From Eledone cirrhosa (lineage: Eukaryota): a stretch of DNA of 64,000 bases. Under the pieces are notes generated by a model. The model made no database searches and was not told the DNA's origin. It saw only the letters and a program-made list of their open reading frames with translations. The stretch covers positions 303,019 to 367,018 of the forward strand of contig CAXHJY010000343.1 of assembly GCA_964016885.1 (NCBI GenBank), read 5' to 3'. The position numbers and the translations under genes are program-made. Shown here in pieces: positions 52,051 to 64,000 of this stretch; the stretch's first letter is position 1; each line of letters opens with the position of its first letter.

Positions 52051-54090
52051 CTAGCTGAATGACCCGGCGTTTCCCGGGTTACTGCTGTTTTTATTCAGAT
52101 TAGGAAACAATAAATATGAAGAATTTTTTTTTCTCATATTCACTTTACATAAAATATGTGAAAGTTGTAATGATAATAGAATTGTGACCAACCGAGCACG
52201 GCGGGCTGTTTGATGTTCTGCGGCACGGGAGGCGGCGGTGGATACAGCGTTCTGGGACCTTCGGATGGCTGTCTGTATCTCGGTCTGGGATGCTCTGGCA
52301 GCTGCCTTGGAGGCGGAGCCCTTGGACCTTCGGATGGCTGTCTGTATCTCGGTCTGGGATGCTCTGGCAGCTGCGGTGGAGGCGGAGTCCTTGGACCTTC
52401 GGATGGCTGTCTGTATCTCGGTCTGGGATGCTCTGGCAGCTGCCTTGGAGGTGGAGCCTTGGACCTGAGGATGGCTGTCTGTATCTCGGTCTGGGATGCT
52501 CTGGCAGCTGCCTTGGAGGCGGAGTCCTTGGACCTGAGGATGGCTGTCTCCTGGTCGGTTTCTGCGGCACGGGAGGCGGCGGTTGAAGCAGCGTTCTTTG
52601 ACCCTCTGGTGGCTGTTTGCTGTTTAGTTTCGGAGGCCCTTGCAGCAGCAGTAGTTGCAGCATTCCTCGCCCTACGAAGAGCTCTTTGGCTGTCACTCTC
52701 TGCTGCCCTAGAGGCGGCTGTTGCAACTGCATTCCGACAATTACGAATGGCACGATTCGAAGCGGTAACCGTAGATAGAGAGGCGCTGGGTTGGGCTGTG
52801 CTAGGGGTACTTAAGTTTGAAAGCGATGTAACAGGGGTTTGTGGCCAAAAATGCAGTCTGGCATCCGTAGACTGCTCATTCAATCGCCTTTTTTGAAACA
52901 ACAGACGATGTTTTCCTACGGCTAAGGGTACTCTTTCTTTTCAGTGGCATGGTTGCAATAGTACAGTAAACAGTAAAGGGGAAGCAGGTTTAGAGCAAAG
53001 GCAAAACAGCGAAGGTGATAAGCAGTATTTTGGGGAAGGTAAAAAAAAGTGACAAATTGTTACAATTTTAAGCAAGAAAAAAGTAAACAAAAAACGTACT
53101 GGGAATGGCAAAGTCCGAAAGCGAGGTCACAAAATGTAATGCAGTGAGAGTGAAGCACACGTCTACACAGTAGCCTAACCAAGTAGCAAGTGTAGCGTTT
53201 GAAAACCAAAGCTTTGCAGGCCACTCAAATCAACGATAAGAGTCTGCAGAATATTTTGATAGCAGTCTTGCCAAAACAGAATAAAAGCTGCCACTTCCAA
53301 CCGTACAGGACATTTTTTTTTTATTCAAGGCGAAAATTTGTCCACTTCTCGACCGAAAGAAAGCAAAAACTGACTCAACTGGTGCCAGGTGGTCAGAACT
53401 GGCAGCAACTGGTTTGTGTCACGTGAAGCTGTAACTATAGCAACAGTGGTTCCCTCGGTCTCAAAGACCAAAGTAAGTGGAGAGGGGAAGGTAATGTTAC
53501 TGTAACACCAACAACGTCTCTCTCTATATTCCTCGCTCAATAAAGGGGGAGGGGGAAGGTAATGTTACTATAGCAACAGTGGTTCGCTGACTGACCAAAG
53601 TGGAGAGGGGAATGTAATATTTCTGTGACACCCAAAACTTCTCTCTCTCTCTAAAGAAGGGGTAAGGGGAAGGTAATGTTACTATAAGACCTGTTATTCC
53701 TGTCTCTCTATATACGAAGTGGAGATTCGACCTCGAGCTTCACTCTCGACCAAATTTCGAAATGATTCGAGCACGTCAAAATAATTTAGACACTTTTCTA
53801 CCCATATTAGCAAAAAACTGGGTCAAAAAACTCAAAAGGAAGAATTTTTCACGCGTGCATAAAATGCAACCTCATCTCCCGATTTCACCCAAAATAGACA
53901 AAAAGGTGGATTGCTGGCCCCTGGGGGGACCTATCAAAAAACAAAGTAGCCTAAGCAATGTAAAGGGTCATGAGGAGTGATGTATGCAAATTTTAGCGAG
54001 ATCGGGCGAGCGGTGTAGACGCCAACCTCGAATAATGTAGCATCTACACACACACAGACAAACACACATCCTCTGTTTTATATATATAGA
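52051..54090 (-). mobile_element. Helitron deletion derivative retaining the N-terminus of RepHel
   Basis: Minus strand: A|TCTATATATATAAAACAG 5' end at 54090; 3' hairpin CCCGGGAAACGCCGGG then CTAG|T at 52051. Confidence 0.9.
52140..52950 (-). pseudogene. Truncated Helitron RepHel N-terminal region with 66-bp (22-aa) repeats
   Basis: MPLKRKSTLSRRKT start at 52950, a frameshift, then RAAESDSQRALRRARN / RASETKQQTATR / RAAETDQET repeats; no Rep or helicase motifs remain. Confidence 0.7.
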
Positions 54091-54091
54091 T

Positions 54092-54808
54092 GCGATAGAT
54101 AATCTCTCTAGCAATATATATATTTTATAATGTTTAAATTCCAATTTTTAATATATTAATCTCAATTTTAAACTAAATATCTAATCATAATTAAACAATG
54201 CGTAATTTCTCATATTATATATCTATATTCCATTCATGAATATTAATATTTCTAATTTTATTTATGCTTTTCATCTCAATTGTTAACTCAACTTAATATG
54301 ACATAACTTAAGGTTTTCGTTCTCTCCCCCCTCTCTTTATCTCTATATATCTCTCTCTTGAGTTCTTTCTCTGTCTGATGGTTTGATATCTCCCCGTTAT
54401 TTTTCCTCTGTTCTCTTTTATTTTTTTGCTTTCTTCTTTTTCTTTATCTATCTCTCCCTTTCTTTCCTCCACGTTTCTCTCTCTCTCTCTCCATCTTTTT
54501 ACTTACTCTTAACACTATGACTTACTAAAGTAAACTATCCTGATGGCCTCCAAAAGCAACGGTCAATTTTTTAAAAGGGGTACGTCAATGTCTATTTATA
54601 AAGCTGTTATATATTGTATTTTGTCTGATGAAGGCATACCAAGATTTAACTTGGTATCCTTGAAATATATATAATGAAATAAATATGGTTTTATAAATAT
54701 AGTTTCCATTTATTAATATCGTATATCTACTCCAAATATTTGTCGAGTGCTTTATATCAGTTATAAAAATATTTGCTTGTTGTATCCCAACAATTTAAAT
54801 AAAACTTT

Positions 54809-54812
<4 letters not shown>
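54092..54812 (+). mobile_element. Penelope-like 3' region with degenerate hammerhead (54621-54675)
   Basis: CT-rich tract, then CTGATGA-AGGcATACCAAG atttaa CTTGGTAT CCTT-GAAA; stem I poorly paired; AATAAA; ends in (TA)n. Confidence 0.6.
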
Positions 54813-54841
<29 letters not shown>

Positions 54842-54844
<3 letters not shown>

Positions 54845-55298
54845 GGAGGTGAGTTTTATTGTAGTACAATAAAGCAATGCAGATATCGGATAAGAAGCAC
54901 TCTACAGTTTGTAGGACTGGAGTATACATAATATATAAGAACAAAAGATGGTTAAAAGAGTTCCATGTATATTATTATGCGCATTTCAAAAACAAATATC
55001 ACCATGCAATAATATTTGTGTTTTCATCAGATAAAACAGGAGGACATGATATGAAGGTTAAAAAACACTTGTGGATAGTTCAGTTTTAATTCAGCATATC
55101 ATGTTTTAAATCAACATATCATGTTTTAAATCAACATATCATGTTGATTTAAAACTGCACTATCCACAAGTGTTTTTTAACCTTCATATCATGTCCTCCT
55201 GTTTTATCTGATGAAAACACAAATATTATTGCATGATGATATTTGTTTTTGAAATGCACATAATAAAATACATGGAACTCTTTTAACCATCTTTTGTT

Positions 55299-55302
<4 letters not shown>
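54842..55302. mobile_element. Penelope-like fold-back terminus family Y, copy 3, with hammerheads on both strands (54970-55036 minus, 55202-55268 plus)
   Basis: ~160-bp inverted arms; both have intact CTGATGA and GAAA; 20-bp tandem catatcatgttttaaatcaa at the centre. Confidence 0.85.
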
Positions 55303-55334
<32 letters not shown>

Positions 55335-55524
55335 GATAAATCTACCAAGAGTTTACGGTAGTGTCCAATCCGTATGAAGAACTCAATGTAATAATATATA
55401 TATGTATGTATAATATGTATGTAATAATATATATATGTATGTATATATATATATATGTATGTATATGTATACGTGTGTATATGTATGAGTGTGTATATAT
55501 ATACGAGTGTTGTGAGTGTATATA

Positions 55525-55567
<43 letters not shown>

Positions 55568-56045
55568 ATATATATATATATATGTATGCGTGTATGTGTA
55601 TATGTGTGTAAAAATATATATATATATATATATATATATGTGTTTATGTGTGTATGTGTCTATGTATTTATATGTGTATATGTATGTGTCTCTATATGTA
55701 TGCGTCTATGTATGTGTATGTGTATTTATATGGTATGTGTATGTATATGTATGTGTATGTATGTGTTTATATATATGTGTATGTATATGTATGTATATGT
55801 ATGTGTGTGTATGCGTGTGTATTTATTTATATGTCTATATGTATGTATATCGATGTATACTTTATATTTTACTTGTTTATATATATATGTGTGTATATAT
55901 ATGTGTGTATATATATATACAAGTGTGTGTATATATGTGTGTGTATATATGTGTATGTGTATGTGTATGTATATATATATGTGTGTATATATGTGTATGT
56001 ATATATGTATATGTATATATATGTGTGTGTGTGTGTGTATGTGTG

Positions 56046-56081
<36 letters not shown>

Positions 56082-56683
56082 CTTGATATATTTCTTTTTT
56101 CTTTTTTCTTTTTCTTTTCTTTTTATTTCTAAGTTTATAGATACATCTATAAATAGGCAGTCTGCCGAAACCGTTGAATACTGACCTCTCCCCCCTCCCA
56201 CCTAATTTCTGTATCCTGATCTAAATATGTGTGGCAGTGTTTATGTGCGTGCATTAATGTCCATATGCTTATGATAATACTATATGCACATATATATGTG
56301 TGTGGGGGTGTGTGTGTGTATGTATGTTCGTAGTTATGTGTATGTTTATGCATATACGCGCGTGTGGGTGTGAGTGTACGAATATGTGTGAGTATATGAA
56401 TGTGTGTATACATTTGTTTCATATTTATGTGTCTATACGCATTTTATCTGTGGATTATAGACTTACAGAGACATTAGCCTTGAATTTTTGTATTTGCATA
56501 CATCTTTTTGGCATGCGTATGCATGTGAACATATATCTTTATGTAAATATGTGTATGAAGTTAATTACATGTATATACACACACCAAACTGCATAAAATT
56601 TTTTGTATTTTCATTGGTCAATTTGAACTCTGTTCCCAAACGGACCTGAAATTTTGAATTGTTGTTATTATCAATAAATATAT

Positions 56684-56838
56684 TTCATTATTTCTGAAGA
56701 CGGCATATATATGTGTTGGGTATGTATATTTAATTTTGATAGTTTGTATAATTTTGTATAATTTTGTACATAGATCTGTTGAATATGCATACCAATTCTA
56801 ACACATATATATCCTAGAAACGATCGTTAAATAATGAA
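56684..56838 (+). ncRNA. Type I hammerhead ribozyme with very long stem II
   Basis: TTCATTATTT-CTGAAGA-[116 nt, self-complementary ends]-GAAA-CGATCG-TT-AAATAATGAA: perfect 10-bp stem I, palindromic stem III. Confidence 0.8.
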
Positions 56839-56892
56839 CTTTTTTTGTTTAATATAAGGAACTGTTTCATTGTTTTATTCATTATTTTTTTA

Positions 56893-56954
<62 letters not shown>

Positions 56955-57239
56955 AGTTTATATGGGGAGGGGGGGTAAACATCGAGAAAGAGAGACAGTG
57001 TTCTTTCTTTCTTTCTTTCTTTATGTAAGATTGTTTTTCTGTGTGCTTATGTGTAAGATATATCGTGGACACTATTATGTGTAAGTGTGTGTGTGTCAAT
57101 GCATTTGTTTGTGTGAGAAGTAGCATGGATACAATGATTGTCTCTCACACACACATACACACATATTTATATATAAGTGGGTCTGTGTATGTATGTGTGT
57201 GTGTAAGAAAGTGTTTGGGACAATGTGTATGTGTGTGTA

Positions 57240-57401
57240 AAAGTGTATTTGTTGTGTGTGAAATTTAGCGTAGTTACAGTTGTGTGTATATATATATATG
57301 TATGTATATACACGAGAAAGTATATATGAGAGACAGTGTGTGTTATACATTTATTTATTGTGTGTGTATTTGTTGTGTGTGAAATTTAGCGTAGTTACAG
57401 T

Positions 57402-57461
<60 letters not shown>

Positions 57462-58090
57462 CACGAGAAAGTATATATGAGAGACAGTGTGTGTTATACA
57501 TTTATTTATACATATGTATATATACAAGAAAGTATGTAAGACAGTGTATGTGTGTGTATGTATATATATATATATTTGTATTTATTTGTGTGTATTTGTA
57601 TATATATGTGTGTGTGTATAGAAGAAAGTATGTATGAGAGTGAGAGACAGTGTATGTATGTGTATGTATATATATATATATATATTTGTATTTATTTGTG
57701 TGAATGTGTGTGTGTGTGTGTATAGAAGAAAGTATGTATGAGAGTGAGAGACAGTGTATGTATGTGTATGTATGTATATATATACATTTGTATTTATTTG
57801 TGTGTATTTGTATATATATGTGTGTGTGTATAGAAGAAAGTATGTATGAGAGTGAGAGACAGTGTATGTATGTGTATGTATATATATATATATATATTTG
57901 TATTTATTTGTGTGAATGTGTGTGTGTGTGTGTATAGAAGAAAGTATGTATGAGAGTGAGAGACAGTGTATGTATGTGTATGTATGTATATATATACATT
58001 TGTATTTATTTGTGTGTATTTGTATATATATGTGTGTGTGTATAGAAGAAAGTATGTATGAGAGTGAGAGACAGTGTATGTATGTGTATG
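57240..58090. repeat. ~100-130-bp microsatellite-derived tandem repeats (agaaagtatgtatgagagtgagagacagtg core)
   Basis: Core recurs about eight times. Confidence 0.9.
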
Positions 58091-58117
58091 TAATATAGCG
58101 TTGGTACAATGAAATAT

Positions 58118-58870
58118 GTGTGTGTGTGTGAGAGTGTGTACGTGTGTGAGTGTGTATGGGTACGTGTGGGAGTGTGTATGGGTACGTGTGTGAGTGTGTA
58201 TGGGTACGTGTGTGAGTGTGTATGGGTACGTGTGTGAGAGTGTGTACGTGTGTGTGTGTGTATGGGTACGTGTGAGAGTGTGTATGGGTACGTGTGTGAG
58301 TGTGTATGGGTACGTGTGTGAGAGTGTGTACGTGTGTGTGTGTATGGGTACGTGTGAGAGTGTGTATGTGTACGTGTGTGAGAGTGTATGGGTACGTGTG
58401 TGAGTGTGTATGGGTACGTGTGTGTATGGGTACGTGTGTGTGTGTGTGTATGGGTACGTGTGTGAGAGTGTGTACGTGTGTGAGTGTGTATGGGTACGTG
58501 TGTGAGAGTGTGTACGTGTGTGTGTGTGTATGGGTACGTCTGTGAGTGTGTGAGAGTGTGTACGTGTGTGAGTGTGTATGGGTACGTGTGTGAGTGTGTA
58601 TGTGTACGTGTGTGAGTGCGTATGGGTACGTGTGTGAGAGTGTGTACGTGTGTGAGTGTGTATGGGTACGTGTGTGAGAGTGTGTACGTGTGTAAGTGTG
58701 TATGGGTACGTGTGTGAGTGTGGGAGTGTGTACGTGTGAGAGTGTGTATGTGTACGTGTGTGAGTGTGTATGTGTACGTGTGTGAGTGTGTATGGGTACG
58801 TGTGTGAGAGTGTGTACGTGTGTGAGTGTGTATGGGTACGTGTGTGAGTGTGTATGGGTACGTGTGTGGG
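58118..58870. repeat. ~18-24-bp minisatellite (gtacgtgtgtgagtgtgtatgg)
   Basis: Direct inspection. Confidence 0.95.
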
Positions 58871-59714
58871 AGATGTTCACTGTCAGTACATGTGGTCGGT
58901 ATGACGTAACCACACACTAACCGTTGTTTCCTACAGCAACAATAACAACCACAACATCGACGACATAACAACAACAACAACGTCAACAGCAACAATAACA
59001 ACAATAACAACAACTACTACAACAGTAACCAAACAAAACTCTCGCTTGTCCCGACTGTCAGCTGACATTCACGTCTCTCCCCCTCTCTCTCTCTCTCTCT
59101 CCCTCTCTCTCTCCCCCCCTCTCTCTCTCTTACTCCCACAGTATCACTGTCTTTCTATTACACCCTCTCCTTTACTTTTATTTCTGTCTGTCTGTCTGTC
59201 TATATATAACATTATCTCTCTCTCCGTCTTTAACTCTTACACTTTACCTCTCCCCCTCTCCATCTCTTACTCACTGTCTTTCTCTCATTCCCACTCCCCC
59301 TCTCTCTATACAACCCTCGCCTTCTTCATCCCTTTCTCACCGTCTACTCTGTTTTTCTCTCTATCTCTCATTCTCGCTTCCCCTCTCTCTATATATATCT
59401 ATCTCTCCCTCGCCTTCTCCATCTCTTACTTACTCACAATCAACCTCCCTGTCTCTCCGTCTCTCCCTCGCCTTTTTCATCTCTTTACTCACTCACCGTC
59501 TACCTCTCTATCTCCCACTCCCCCTTCCACTATCTATCCCTCCTCCCATCCCCCTCTCTATATCTCTATCGTAATTCCCTCTGTCTCACCTTTTCTCTTT
59601 AGTTCCGTCCTTAACTCGCCCCAAAACAGATCGGAGTTTTGTTTACACTTTTCACCGAATCTTCCCATTCCATCTAACATGACGTGACAAACTATTATCA
59701 TTATTATTTTTACT

Positions 59715-60030
59715 ATCAGGCCGAGGTTGACTTTTCCTTTCAACATTACGGGGTCGATAAAATAAAGTACCAGTAATACACTGGTTAATTGCTGGCCTTG
59801 TGCCTAACGTAGAAACAATTAGTTTTACTATCAGGCGGTGGATTGGCAGTATCGGTAGAGGGTCGGACGCCATGCTTTCCAGCATAGTTACGTCCCTTTT
59901 CGATCTCTGAAGTATTCAAATCCCGCCGAGGTTGACTTTGCCTTTCATCCTTGCGGGGTCGATAAAATAAAGTACCAGTAATGTACTGGGTAATTGCTGG
60001 CCTTGTGCCAAAGGTAGAAACAATTATTTT
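59715..60030 (+). mobile_element. One partial (59715-59820) and one full (59834-60026) tRNA-derived SINE in tandem
   Basis: ggcggtggattggcagtatcggtagag head and Nin-like domain; ttttactatca repeated at the junctions. Confidence 0.85.
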
Positions 60031-60279
60031 TACTATCATCAATAATACTATTCTTTACGGTTATTGTTACTGTCGTTTGAATATCTCTACTCAGGGGCGA
60101 CTTTATTACGATAAAATAACTACCAGTCAAGTTGTACTGAGGTTTTCCGTCTAAAATATATACATACATAAAACACACCGTATATATACATATATACACA
60201 CACCTATGTATATATATTATATGTACAGATTAAAGTTTAAGCAAAGAATCGTACATACAAACTCAATTTGTCTAGTTCG

Positions 60280-60968
<689 letters not shown>

Positions 60969-63135
60969 GTAACTTTGAATAACTTTGAAATGTTTTGGCC
61001 AGTATTGGCCCAGGCCATGTCTAACTTAATAGCACCACCTGGCGAAGTCTTTCAATTCAGGATTTGGGCACCATGGCCCATTCGAGAAGAGAATTACTGT
61101 TTGCGGAGACATATCCGGGTGTGGGTGGTTTGTCCGGGATTACTTGGAGGAATTTGTCCAAAGACTTCTTGAATTTTGTGTGGTCAGTTTCTGTTTTGAC
61201 GTGTCCTGGTGTGATGTTGAAGAGAGCAGGGCCGATTGAGGTGAAATAATTGTGCCGTATTGTTGTTATGAGTTGCGATTTAGATTTTTGAATGGGACGG
61301 ATAGCACGGGGCCCAAGCCTTGGGTGTATCTTGAAGGCGATGCCAACATCATTTGGGCAGTGATGATGGAACATTTTCCACATCATGCAGATAATATAAC
61401 GCTCACGGCGACGTTGGAGTGAGTAAAGTTTCAGGTTTTCCAATCGACCCCAGTAGTCAAGGTCTGACATGCCATCTATCTTTTTCGTGATTGCCCTTTG
61501 AGGAGCTTCAAGTTTCATGATACTTTGTTTCGTGTGGGGAGACCACAGTGGACAACAGTATTCAAGGTGTGGTCGGGCGAAAGTAGAGAAGAGAAGGATA
61601 ATGGTGCGGGAATCTCTCGACTGGAAGGTTCTGAGGATCCAGGAACACATTCTGCGGGCCATGTCAACTTTGCTGCTTATATGCGTGGTCCAGCTTATGT
61701 TGCTGTCCACGGTTACTCCCAAGTCTCTGATGTTGTTAGATGCCACGAGAGTTTCCCCGGAGGGAAGGGAGTACGGGAGTTTCAGAGCATCCTCTTTTCC
61801 AAAGTGGATCAGTTCGAATTTGTCTTCGTTCAGTAACATGTTGTTCTTTTCTGCCCATTGGGTAACAGCCAGTAGGTCTGACTGAAGGCTTATCCGGTCA
61901 TCCACGCCATTGATGACCTTTTGGAGCTTGGAATCATCAGCGAAAATTTTAATGTTGCTGTGTTTGATGGTGTCAGTGATGTCATTAATATAGATGATGA
62001 AGAGAAGTGGGCCCAACACAGTGCCTTGTGGGACTCCACTACTGACTTTGGCTGGGCTTGATTTGACTCCCTCAACTACAACATGTTGGGTTCTGTTTGA
62101 CAGGAAGCTCTTGATCCACTGCAGCAGCTTTCCAGTGACACCAATATTGGACAGCTTTCTCAGTAGAATGTTATGATCAACCCTGTCAAAGGCCTTGCTG
62201 AAATCAAGGTAGATAACATCAGTGTTGGAACCCTCTCCCAAGGCTCTCAAAATGTCATCAAAGTGATGCAGTAGTTGCGTCAGGCAATCCCTTCCATTAC
62301 GGAATCCATGCTGGTTGGAGTTCAGCATATTGTTACTCTCAAGGAAGTGGGTCATTCGCGATCTCACCACTCGCTCAAATACCTTAATGATATGAGAGGT
62401 GAGTGAGATTGGACGGTAATTCACGGCAAGGGATTTGTTTCCCTTTTTGAAAACTGGGACAACAGACTGGGATAGAAGGTTTCTCTGGCACATATCCAGC
62501 ATCCAGTGAGTTCCGCCACAGATTGGCAAGAGGAGAAGCAAGTTGGTGTTGACACGCCTTCAAGACACAAGCAGGGAACCTATCGGGACCTACTGCTGAA
62601 TTATGCTTGATTTCCTTTATTGCCGCCAAGACATCAGGGGCGCCAAACGTTATGTCCGATAAGGTGTAATGGGGAGTAACATCGCCGATACAGCCCAGAT
62701 CGGCCATATCAGGATTGCTGAAAACAGAGCAGTATTGTTTCTGCAGTATCTCACCCATGGTTTTAGCATTGTCTTGAAGAGTGCCATTTTCATCAATTAG
62801 AGGGCCAACAGTAGAGCCAGTGATTTTGTGTTTTTTTGCAAATGAAAAGAACACTTTGGGATTGAGTTTGATCTTCTCAATGGCCCAGGCCTCTTCAGCT
62901 CTTCTCTGATTGTTGATGAGGGACATTATGTTGTTTTGGAGGTTATGTTTTTTAATCTCTAGTGATGAAATGGCAGTCAAGTTGATGTGTTGCTGCTGAC
63001 AGTATTTCAGATTGTTGATTTTTTTGTTCGTTCTCTTAATTTTTCTGATGAGCGTTTTTCTATTTCTAGGGATTCTGCTCTTAGATTTGTTTATAGTTCT
63101 TAATGGGGTGTGTTTAGCACATATGTTTGTAACAG
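60969..63135 (-). mobile_element. Young 5'-truncated CR1/L2-group LINE in (TA)n
   Basis: RT motifs [43 protein letters not shown] and YSLQRRRERY; one apparent frameshift near 62480; short 3'UTR ending (ttcaaagtta)2. Confidence 0.92.
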
Positions 63136-63262
<127 letters not shown>

Positions 63263-63284
63263 GTCACTACGTGTATATATATAA

Positions 63285-64000
63285 GTGTCACTACGAAAGG
63301 CTTCTAAATGAGGAGAACAAATGGAAGAAAGACAGTCTCCCCCAGATCGATCCAATAGAGGGACCAGCAGTGTTAGTTGAAGGTAGTATAATAAGTAAGG
63401 CAATCAAAGATATGAAGGCGGCTGGGCCTTCGGAAATAGTTGCTGAGATGCTGAAGGCATCTGGTTTGGTGGGACACACCATGGTCACCCGGATAGTTAA
63501 CCAAGTCGTACAGAATGGGGTTGTTCCGAAGGAATGGCGTAGCAGCATCATCGTTAACTGCTATAAGGGAAAAGGAGATGCCCTAGATAGGAGTAACTAT
63601 AGAGGCATTAAATTAATCGACCAGGTCATGAAGGTCACGGAAAAAGTAATAGCGCAACTAATCAGAGAGAGAATTGATCTAGATGAAATGCAGTTCGGGT
63701 TTGTGTCAGGCAAAAGTACCACAGACGCTCTTTTCATTGTACGACAACTACAGGAGAAGTACCTAGCTAAAAGTAAACCCCTATACTTAGCTTTCGTCGA
63801 CTTGGAGAAAGCCTTCGACAGAGTCCCCCGTTCCATTATCTGGTGGTCTCTTAGTAAACTAGGTGTTGACGAATGGCTTGTGAGAGCTATACAAGCCATG
63901 TATAAAGAAACAGTCAGTAAGGTTAGAATTAACAACGAATATAGTGAAGAGTTTAGCGTAAAAGTTGGTGTCCATCAGGGCTCTGTTCTTAGCCCCCTAC
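63285..64000 (+). mobile_element. RTE LINE internal fragment, 5'-truncated, runs off the window
   Basis: [27 protein letters not shown]...QFGF...DLEKAFDR...[10 protein letters not shown]. Confidence 0.92.

Noticed and set aside
56145-56180. ggcag-t-ctgcc-GAAA-ccg-tt partial hammerhead
   Set aside because: The 5' CUGANGA core is absent.
59046-59687. 213-aa Ser/Leu/Pro-rich ORF
   Set aside because: Translation of a CT-rich low-complexity tract.
62470-62490. Programmed frameshift in the CR1-group LINE
   Set aside because: The single indel lies mid-ORF2 with no slippery heptamer; mutation or sequencing error is more likely.

Overview
AT-rich, microsatellite-dense animal genomic DNA. It most resembles an octopus/coleoid cephalopod (inferred from the C2H2 zinc-finger cluster, RTE LINEs with (GAT)n tails and the SINE families). 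The left ~40 kb is a tandem segmental-duplication array carrying three minus-strand C2H2-ZNF paralogs (13, 3 and 6 fingers, each with a lesion), a decayed fourth, co-duplicated RTE LINEs, a DD37D (maT) transposon and a 1.8-kb satellite made from a dead zinc finger. The right ~24 kb is a nest of elements inserted into (TA)n tracts: a near-intact RTE LINE with a PHD-type finger inside its RT, two Helitrons, a CR1-group LINE, SINEs, and many short fold-back (palindromic) Penelope-like termini carrying minimal type I hammerhead ribozymes. These include two diverged families with a non-canonical U3-A8 core supported by stem covariation, and one hammerhead with a ~116-nt stem II. All calls were made by eye, and boundaries of decayed repeats are approximate.
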